Origin: Eledone cirrhosa
Taxonomy: Eukaryota
NCBI GenBank assembly: GCA_964016885.1
Contig: OZ024741.1
Coordinates: 291,400,001 to 291,464,000 of the forward strand
DNA: 64,000 bases
Reading direction: 5' to 3'
Shown: positions 53,676 through 64,000 of the stretch, one piece after another
Layout of the letters: each line of letters starts with the position of its first letter
Position numbering within the stretch: position 1 is the stretch's first letter
The notes under the pieces: generated by a model
What the model was told of the DNA's origin: nothing
Seen by the model: only the letters and a program-made list of their open reading frames with translations
Database searches by the model: none
Position numbers and translations under genes: made by a program

Positions 53676-53889
53676 ACAGTGTTAGACGCTCAAATCTAAT
53701 TTTAATTCTGTCATAAATATATACTTGAACTGAGAAAAGGAAATCAATAAAGGGATTCTTAAGATTACCAGGTGGTGCTATTAAGCCAGACATGGCCTGG
53801 GCCAATACTGGCCGGAACCTATAAAAGTTATCAAAGTTTAAGATTAACAATAATAAAAAAGGGTAACAGAATTTATTATTCTAATAATA

Positions 53890-54678
53890 ATAATTGTTTC
53901 TACTTTTGGCACAAGGCCAGGATTTATCGCAGTACATTACTGCTACTTTATTTTATTGACCATGTAAGGATGAAAGGCAATGTTAACCTCAGTGGAATTT
54001 GAACTCATGCCGTAAAGGGCCGTATATCTAAGCTACAAAGCATGGCGTCCGACCCTTTACCGTTACCACCATTACTCTAATGATAATAATAATGATTTCT
54101 ACTATAGGCACAAGGCCAGCAGTTTGTGGAGAGGGTAAAGTCGATTAAATCGACCCAGTACGTTACTGATGCTTTATTTTATCGACCCCGTAAGGATGAA
54201 AGACAAATTAACCTCGGCGGGATTTGAACTCAGACTGTAAAGACCGTAACGCTCTATCGATACTGCCAATCCACCGCCATTACTCTAGTGATAATAATTG
54301 TTTCTACTATTGGCACAAGGCCAAGAAATACCCAGTACATTACTGGTACTTTATTTTATCGACCTCGTAAGGATGAAAAGCAAAGTTAACCTTGGCGGGA
54401 TTTGAACTCAGATCGTAAAGGGACGTAACTATGCTGGAAAGCATGTCCAACCCTCTACCAATTCTGTCAATCCACCGCCCTCTAATGATAATAATAATAA
54501 TTGTTTCTAATTTTGGCACAAAGCCACCAATCACCCCAATACATTACTGGTACTTTATGTTATCGACCCTGTAAGGATGAAAGGCAAAGTTAACCACGGC
54601 GGGATTTGAACTCAGAGCGTAAAGGGCCATAACTCTGCTGCAAAGCATGATGTCTGACGCTCTACTGATACTGCCAAT
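53890..54678 (-). mobile_element. Four tandem major-SINE copies
   Basis: Reverse-strand units at ~53890-54080, 54090-54280, 54295-54480, 54500-54678 separated by (TAA)-rich tails. Confidence 0.9.
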
Positions 54679-54785
54679 AATAATAATAATATAGGCGCGT
54701 CGTATGTGTGTGAGTATGTATACATATGTATGTATATATATCTAAAACAGAGAATGTCTGTCTGTCTGCATTATGACATTATGAC

Positions 54786-54893
54786 AATCCCGCCGAGGTT
54801 GACTTTGCCTTTCATCCTTACCGGGTCGATAAAATAAAGTACCAGTAATGCACTGGGTATTTGCTGGCCTTGTGCCTAAAGTAGAAACAATTA
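54786..54893 (+). mobile_element. 5'-truncated major SINE with 16-bp TSD
   Basis: attatgacattatgac at 54770-54785 and 54890-54905. Confidence 0.9.
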
Positions 54894-54944
54894 TGACATT
54901 ATGACGCTATATGTGTGTGTGTGTGTATATATGTTTATATAGTG

Positions 54945-55056
54945 TGTAACGTTTTTCGAAATATTTACTTCTGCGTTCACAGATTGATTTTTTTTGTTTC
55001 AGAAGATCCCGTTAAGGGTGAAAGAAGCGATTCTTTGCTTAAACTTTAATCTGTTA
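54945..55056 (+). mobile_element. Short family-D pseudo-LTR end; HHR-like fold at 54979-55054 (core CAGAAGA)
   Basis: acagattga...gttt-CAGAAGA-tcccgttaagggt-GAAA-...ttgc-TT-aaactttaatctgt then (TA)n. Confidence 0.8.
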
Positions 55057-55071
55057 TATATATATATATAT

Positions 55072-56162
55072 ATTTAATACAATAACAGAGAAAGCTTTAA
55101 GCTAAACACTGACTGGCTACCATCTCACTCAACAAACATTAGGATATACGTTAATATAATCCCAATTTTGTGTTTGGGCTGCTAACTATATGTATTTTGT
55201 GGAAAGCCAGTTGTATTATTTTATATGAGATATAATTAAAATTAAAATATATCTCTCTCTCCAAACAATTGTTTCATTATAAGTTTTCTACAAATTGGGA
55301 GAATGTTTGCGGTTTATGTAGAAGCCTACATGTTTTTCTGTAAGAACACATGCAGGTGGGCACTTATAAATCATCAGTGGATGGCCTTCAAACTTTGATA
55401 TAAGAAAAAATTTCTTACCGCAGTTATTTTTCGTGTCAGCTAAGTCGTCCCTTCATGCATCATAATGACCGCCAAATTTGAAATTCCAGCAGTCTTAGAC
55501 TGAGGAATTTCACGGCGTCACGAAGCGGAAAAGGGAGGCAATCGCGAAACACAAGAAAGTAAAATAATATACACGTGGGTTAATTAGTTTTTTTAAAAAC
55601 AATTTTAATCCTGCGTCTTAAGAACTCAATTAATTAAAAAAAAATAAATGTATGCATGTATTAATTACACACGCATATAGATATTTTCTTAGGCTACAAA
55701 CAGAGAAGTGATACCTAAATAACAAACAATATCTAATAACAGTAATAAATACGGTAAGTTACGTTTAAAAGGTATCTGGAAATGTAATTCTCTGGCCAAA
55801 TCAAGAGTAAAATATTTAATACAATAACAGAGAAAGCTTTAAGCTAAACTCTGACTGGCTACCATCTCACTCAACAAACATTAGGATATACGTTAGGATA
55901 ATCCCAATTTTGTGTTTGGGGTGCTAACTATATGTATTTTGTGGAAAGCCAGTTGTATTATTTTATATGAGATATAATTAAAATTAAAATATATCTCTCT
56001 TTCCAAACAATTGTTTCATTATAAGTTTTCTACAAGTTGGGAGAATGTTTCCGGTTTATGTAGAAGCCTACATGTTTTTCTGTAAGAACACACACACATA
56101 TATATATATATATATATTTAACCATATGGTTATATATATATAGCCATATATTTTTTATTTCT

Positions 56163-56199
<37 letters not shown>

Positions 56200-56369
56200 A
56201 TACAATAACAGAGATAGTTTAAAGCTAAACTCTGACTGGTAACCATCTCACTCAACAAACATTAGGTTATATTAAAATATAAACCCAATTTAAGTGTTTG
56301 GGGTGCTAACAATATGTATAATGTGGAAAAACCAGTTGTATTATTTTATGAGATATAATTAAAGTTAAA

Positions 56370-56372
<3 letters not shown>
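55072..56372. repeat. Direct repeats: ~280 bp at 55072-55350 and 55813-56092, partial third at 56194-56372
   Basis: atttaatacaataacagagaaagctttaagctaaac...ctgtaagaacaca repeated near-identically; outer ends at TA-rich tracts. Confidence 0.85.
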
Positions 56373-56421
<49 letters not shown>

Positions 56422-56537
56422 AGAAATTAAAAGATGGTTATAAAATTTCCATATCTCTGTTATATTATGCGCATTTCGAAAACAACAACAAGTGTTTTTT
56501 AGGCCTCATATCATGTTACATTATTTTATCTGATGAG

Positions 56538-56730
56538 GCCGGTGGATTGGCAATATTGGTAGAGGGTCGGGCGCCATGCTTTGAACCATAGAGTTACCTC
56601 CCTTTATGATCTGAGTTCAAATCCCGCCGAGATTAACTTTGCCTTTCATCCTTTCGGGGTCGATAAAATAAAGTACCAGTAATGCACTGGGATAATTGCT
56701 GGCCTTGTGCCAAAAGTAGAAACAATTATT
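56538..56730 (+). mobile_element. Full-length major SINE with 18-bp TSD
   Basis: attattttatctgatgag at 56520-56537 and 56725-56742. Confidence 0.92.
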
Positions 56731-56794
56731 TTATCTGATGAGAACACAATTTTTGTCCCAGGATGATGTAGTTTTCGAAATGCGCATAATAAAA
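56729..56794 (+). ncRNA. Type I hammerhead ribozyme, intact core, imperfect stem II (family I)
   Basis: ttttat-CTGATGA-gaac...gttttc-GAAA-tgcgca-TA-ataaaa; palindromic stem III. Confidence 0.75.
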
Positions 56795-56924
56795 TATATG
56801 GAACTTTGTTAACTATCTTTTAATTTCTTCTTTAATATATACTTCAGTTCTAGCTACTGTTGAGTGCTACTTACCTGATATATAGATAGATTTATTGTTC
56901 TACAATATTATTCACCTTCTACAT

Positions 56925-56964
<40 letters not shown>

Positions 56965-56992
56965 GCTATATATATATATATATATATATATG

Positions 56993-57872
<880 letters not shown>

Positions 57873-58038
57873 GGCAACACTCATCTTATTCCATATCTCC
57901 GAGGGTTATAAACCCAACTATCAGGCTAGAAATTTCTTTAGTCTAAAATACGGTGAAAGCTTCTAATTTCTAATTTCTAATTTCAAACTCGGGCACCGTT
58001 TCGAAAACATACTTACATGTTTACATTTATAATTTGCT

Positions 58039-58088
<50 letters not shown>

Positions 58089-58269
58089 TATATATATATA
58101 TATATAATTATATATATATATAATTATATAGTCTTGTACAGATATTTTTGCATACACAATAATAAAATATAAACAAAATTATTTATTTCGCGATAAAGTA
58201 TTGATTATCTTCGCACGGAAAAAAACCCTGGTAATCTACGACGAATTTTTTTTATAAGCACATTTTTAT

Positions 58270-58376
58270 ACCTCGAGGCCGAGGTATTCCGTACTTCTCT
58301 GTACTGTTTCAGAAAGGAGGGATAAACATACCAATCTATATTTAGAGTCCCGAGCAACACCGGGCCATTCTGCTAG
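58270..58376 (+). mobile_element. Helitron-like 3' terminus
   Basis: Hairpin cccg-agcaacac-cggg followed 8 nt later by CTAG|T then (TA)n; 5' end not identified. Confidence 0.55.
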
Positions 58377-58380
58377 TATA

Positions 58381-58430
<50 letters not shown>

Positions 58431-58520
58431 AATAATAACAACAATAGCTATAAACATAACTATGCCCCTTGTTGCTGTTTATGTCAACGCGGGGGTGCAT
58501 ATATATATACATACATACAT

Positions 58521-58554
<34 letters not shown>

Positions 58555-58747
58555 GAATAGGCGTCGCTTCGCAAATAAACATGGCGACATGAATTGACAA
58601 TAGAGACACTTCAGTTTTGATTTATCCGTAACAAGTTCCCTTTTCTATTTCCTTGCCATGGTCCAATAACTGCACACAGACAGATGGATTGTTCGAGAAA
58701 AGGTCGAATGAAATGCGGATTAAAATGATTAAACAGTTGAATTAAAC

Positions 58748-58807
<60 letters not shown>

Positions 58808-58942
58808 AATATATATACATATGTATGTATAAATAAATAAATTTATATATATATATATACATATGTATGTATAAATAAATAAATTTATATATATATATAT
58901 GCTTGTGTGTGGCGGGCATGTATACACACATACACACGCACG

Positions 58943-59034
<92 letters not shown>

Positions 59035-59083
59035 GTTATATATACAAACACAGTTATGCAAACCACACACACCGCTAAGCTAT

Positions 59084-59129
<46 letters not shown>

Positions 59130-59279
59130 TCTCTCTCTCTCTCTTTGTATGTGTGTGTGTTTCTGTGTGTATGTGTGCATGACGTTCAGGAGTGAACGGA
59201 GTCGTGTGATACAGGTATGAAGAATATAAACTGGAGTATATGAAATCGTATACACTATGTTTATATATGATAAACAAAC

Positions 59280-60550
59280 ACATGATTTAGTTGCTATTTT
59301 TAACATATATAGCGACCACATAGAGATCCTCTTATTTTAAGACATTGATGAAGGATTTCAGAAAGATTTGCTTGATATTACTAACATGTGTAACAGTGCA
59401 GGGAAATTCACTCGCTATTTCTAGCAGGTGTATGGACCACATATACCTTCACTTCTATTCAGATGCTTTCGTAGCTTGAATAGCAGCTATTTAGTTAGAC
59501 GAATGGTTTGAGGGAGGTTTGGAGACTATTTCTAGCATATTTAACGCCCAGCATAGTAGAAATGAGCACTTTGGTGGAGATTTGGCAGCTATTTTAACTG
59601 TGGCTCAGATGTTTTCGGATGTTTATGTATGAATTGAAGATAATTTGGCTGCTTTTTCTAATGAGTGTTTTGAGTTAGATTCGGCTACCTTTTCTAGCAC
59701 GTGTATCGACCATCTAGAGGGGTTAACTTGTTTTCAGATGGAAATGAGTAATTTGATGTGTCTTGTCTGTTTAGTGACCACCTAAATGTTCACTTGTGCT
59801 GAAATATTTGTGATTTAATGGACATGTGGTTGCCATGTGTAGCATTTCTAGTATACGCACAGTAATTTGGGGGGAGGGGAAAGTCGATTAAATCGACCCC
59901 AGTGCTTTATTTTATCGACCCTGTAAGGATGTAAAGCAAAGTTAACCTCGGCTGGATTTGAACTCAGACCGTAAAGGGCCGTAACTCTATGTTGCAAAGC
60001 ATGGTGTCCGACTTTCTACCGATACTGCCAATCCATCGCCATCGTAGCGTGTATAATGACCAAATATATTGTGGATTAGCAGTATCGGTAGAGCGTCAAA
60101 CACCATGCTTTGCAACATAGAGTTATAAATCCCGCCGACGTTAGCTTTGCCTTTCATGCTTACGGGGTCGATAAACTAAAGCACCAGTAATGCACTGGGG
60201 TAATTGCTGGCCTTGTGCCAAAAGCAGAAACATTTTTCTGAAGCTAATGATTGATTTGAAAGGCATTTGGCTGCTATTTTTCGCATGGAGAGTGACCACA
60301 TAGAGCTTCAATACTTTTCAGACAGAAATGAATGATTTGAAAGATACTTACCGTAGCTGTAATTTTTTTTTACATGTGTTGTGACCACATAAAATTGCAT
60401 TTATTTTCTGATGGAATCGAATGATGTGCGGAGGAACTAGCTGCTATTTCTACATAGCATTTGTAGCCACCATACCGAGTTTCACTTGTTTTCAGATGGA
60501 AAGGAGAAATTTGAGGGAGATATGACTGGTAGCCGTGAGGCCACGTGTCT
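59280..60550. repeat. Old degenerate tandem array (tttggctgctatttctagcatgt..gaccacatagag..ttcagatg), interrupted by two SINEs
   Basis: Motif recurs roughly ten times; isolated similar units at ~12713 and ~18640. Confidence 0.6.
59865..60235. mobile_element. Head-to-head pair of major SINEs (- 59865-60040; + 60070-60235)
   Basis: Reverse and forward cores about 30 bp apart. Confidence 0.85.
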
Positions 60551-61068
60551 GAGTACATATCTCACAGTTAGTTGGTTACTCGTCAGAAAACAACTACTCT
60601 TATCGACTTCGTTATTTTTCATAGTGAAGATTAAAATCGATAGACTTATAATATATTTATTTCAGTTTTTGTAATATATACTCCACTGATCATAAATATT
60701 TAACTTAATCATTATGTAAAAAAAAAATTCACATAATGCAAATTTGTCTAGTTACGTTCTTGTTTGTGCTTGATATAGATAGCGTTTAGCTGCAAATTCT
60801 TTTCGTGGGTGAGAAACAAGCAACTAGCTGTGAAACTTGTAAAAGCAAATTCTTCTTTCCTCTGTACGTAGAGAACAACAAAACATCTTTAAGTTTGTTT
60901 AATCTTTCATAGCCAGACAATTAAACCATAGATTTAACTCATATATGTATGTGTGTTGTGTGTTGTGTGTGTGTGTATGTGCGTGTGTGTGTGTGTGTGT
61001 GTGCGTGTGTGTGTGTGTGTGTGTGCGTGTTTGTGTGTACTCTCACTCACATACACATACGTACAAAC

Positions 61069-61101
<33 letters not shown>

Positions 61102-61203
61102 CATGTGTACATATGTGTAAAACACCGTGGTTGTATGCGTGTATATATATTTATATATACGAGTACACACATACAGGCACACACACACACCGGCACACAC
61201 ACA

Positions 61204-61276
<73 letters not shown>

Positions 61277-61997
61277 TTATATATGTATGTATGTATTTTT
61301 TGTGTGTATATATACACACGCATACAACCACGATGTTATGCATATACGTACACATGTATGTGTGTGATGGTGTGGGTATTATGTTTATCGGTGTCAAGTT
61401 GCGTCGCGTCATGTCAAGACCGTAACTTTAGCGGTACGATCAACGTACGTCGATTAAATAAGTCCCAGATTAAAGTAAGCACTGTCGTCGATATGATCAA
61501 CTGAAAAACCCTTGAGCATGTGCCCCAGCGTGGCCGCGATCCAATGGTTGAAATTTGTAAAAAATAAAAGAATGTGCTAAATGAAATAGGTAGATAGATA
61601 AATAGATGTTTAGGTAGGTATGTAGGTAGGTATGTAGGGAGATAGATATATAGATATTTAGGTAGGGAGGTGGGTAGGTAAGTAGGTAGATCTGAGGTGA
61701 AGTTAGTAAGCAGGTAAAGACGTGAGGACTAGCGAAATGTGCTGATAGGTGATGGTAGCGAGTAATCTTGCATGAATTTTAGAAATGACATAGAAATATT
61801 TTACCTGAGCAAGCAAACCACATATTTCTGTTCGGTTCAGTGCACTTGATGTCGTGTGGCGTTTGACGAGCTTATGAGAGGGAGATGATCGGCCTGTAAA
61901 GAACGAAACACATGATATGAAAAAAGAACCATCAGCACGACTGCGCGATCTGCTTGTAATAGCAACCAAATCTTCTTCAAATCACGCATTATTATTG

Positions 61998-62423
61998 TCA
62001 AATCCCGCCGAGGTTGACTTTGCCTTTCATCCTTACGGGGTCGATAAAATAAAGTACCAGTAATGCACTGGGTTATGGCTGGCCTTGTGCCTAAAGTAGA
62101 AACAATTATTATTTTAAATGAGGTTAACTTTGCCTTTCATCCTTACAGGGTTGATAAAATAAAGTACCAGTAATGTACTGGGTATTTGCTGGCCTTGTGC
62201 CAATAGTAGAAACAATTATTTTAAATGGTGGGGGATTGCAGTATCGGTAGAGGGTCTGACACCATGCTTTTCAGCATAGATTTATTCCCTTTACTGACTG
62301 AGTTCAAATCCCGCCGAGATTAACTTTGCCTTTCATCCTTACGAGGTCGATAACATAAAGTACCAGTAATGCACTGGGATAATTGTTGGCCTTGTGCCAA
62401 AAGTAGAAACAATTATTTTAAAT
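61998..62423 (+). mobile_element. Three tandem major SINEs (two 5'-truncated), each followed by attattttaaat
   Basis: Units ~61998-62113, 62119-62222, 62226-62420. Confidence 0.9.
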
Positions 62424-62659
62424 TTATTCCGATTTATTCAATTCCTTTTTCATAGTATTTTTCTTGTGTAGACTCAAGACCTCACATTTCAGGGACGGTA
62501 TATTAGTTTAACCGGACCATAGTTTTTGCTTGTAATACATTTTAACGATAGGGAAATATGAAAAGCAGTGCTGACCTCGATATGTAAAGGGTTTTAACTA
62601 TATACTGCAAAGTAGTTTGTTTTCCCACCTGTCGACTCTTTCTATCTAGTGACTGCATT

Positions 62660-63880
62660 CATAATAATAATTTCTAATATTAGCACCAGCCTCAAAACTT
62701 TATAGGAAAGATGTAGTCGATTGAATCGACCCGATTATATAACATGGATTCTATGTTATCAACCCAAGCAGAATAAGAAGCAAAGTCGAACTCGGTGTGT
62801 TTTGAACTCAAATCGAAAAGTAACTTAACTAAATATCACGTTTTATTATACTCGCCAATCCTGCTAAAATACGCGATATTATTAATATGTTTATTAGGGC
62901 ATAAGGTCAAAACATTCAGGGGAATTTAGAAATGTTATTAATTAATTTATCCTCGGTACTGTATTGATACATATTTGTTAAACAGAAGGTTGAATGGAAC
63001 CCTGGGTTTTAGAGGGATTAAAATTCACAATGTAAAGGGGCATAATAAATTATCGCCTGGTTGTTAATCCTCCATTCCACTGATCTTGTTATTCTATACT
63101 TTAGTAACAAACGTATCAACACTACGATGTTGTGAATCAATGTGAATATGGAAATCTTGTGCAATACTTATTATAACGCAGGTTATGTAACTATAGCTAT
63201 ATACAGGTTGGGTCATAGTTACCTTACTCGCTAACTGTGATGTATGTGTAGACCTGTAACTCATGGTGGAGTCGTATGGGCACCGGCGTATCTAGAGCAT
63301 CTTTAACCTGGAGTGATGCATTTTTGTTCGACTCCGAAAAGATAAAAGGCAAAGTTGAGCTCGGTGGGATTTGAACTCGGAGCACAGAAAGACAGAACGA
63401 ATACCACAAAGCATACTATCCGACATTCTTACAACTCTGCCAATTATTGATAGAAATACGAAGAAAAAAGAAATCATACTGATATGAAACTTTATTCCCA
63501 AAGTTACACATGGAAACTTCATATAAGTTTATATTGATACACGACAACCTGCTGGAAAAAGTACCCGAGCGCGAAATGGATTATATCGACCGCCGTACTT
63601 CATTGGTACCTTATTTCATTGACCCTGGGTGGATGAAAAGCAAAATTCATTTCGGTGAGATTTGAACTCGAAACATAAAAAGCCAGAACAAATACTGACA
63701 AATGTTTCGCAGTATTTCTTCAAGCGTTTTACGTTCTGAGTTCTAATTCCACCAAGGACAACTTGTCATCCTTCCAAGGTAGATAAAATAAAGTAGCAAT
63801 CAAGTACTTGGCGGTGAGGTGTTGACATAAACGATTGTCCTCTCCGTACAACTGGCTGGTTCTGTGCCTAAATGAAAGGG
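62660..63880. mobile_element. Several old diverged SINE copies (- 62660-62860, - 63330-63445, - 63570-63720, + 63725-63880)
   Basis: Degenerate gcaaag....ctcggtg..atttgaactc cores. Confidence 0.6.
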
Positions 63881-64000
63881 TATTTTCCCCTTGCATTTCT
63901 GTTATTCTTTTGTAGGTCGTGTTCTGCTTTACTGTTCGTTGATCAAGCACTTTTGTTTATGGTTTGCTGGTTTTCGTTGGTAGGGCTGTGTAAATGAACT

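Larger units (their letters stand above)
56415..56835. mobile_element. Old fold-back element (family I) interrupted by a SINE
   Basis: 56415-56487 is a diverged reverse complement of 56766-56835 (ttatgcgcatttcgaaaac / gttttcgaaatgcgcataa). Confidence 0.7.

Noticed and set aside
53281-53850. Poly-Arg/Lys and poly-Ser/Pro/Leu ORFs
   Set aside because: Reading frames of the GAA/GGA tract.

Overview
AT-rich, microsatellite-saturated eukaryotic (animal) genomic DNA with no host protein-coding gene that I can support; nearly all listed ORFs are translations of (TA)n/(CA)n/(GA)n/(GAA)n tracts. The SINE families look like those I associate with octopus genomes (inference from recall, not a search). 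The window is a graveyard of mobile elements: two Penelope-like elements (PLEs; RT + GIY-YIG) at ~14.4-16.5 kb (+) and ~44.8-47.1 kb (-) plus fragments, two CR1/L2-group LINEs (20.7-24.6 kb with a CCCH-finger ORF1; 30.6-32.6 kb), tandem R4/Dong-like RLE-type LINE 3' ends inside a (CATA)n tract, three tandem Tx1/L1-like 3' ends tied to (GATA)n, an RTE 3' end, a Tc1/mariner relic, non-autonomous Helitrons and >20 tRNA-derived SINE copies. The most striking hidden signal is RNA-level: about 20 type I hammerhead-ribozyme (HHR) motifs (intact, variant-core or decayed) from roughly 8-10 unrelated sequence families, mostly carried in head-to-head fold-back (inverted-repeat) elements that sit in (TA)n tracts. 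One family has a consistent non-canonical CAGAAGA core, and one HHR was hit by a SINE yet regenerated by the target-site duplication. All coordinates were read by eye; element boundaries are approximate, HHR coordinates should be accurate to a few nt.
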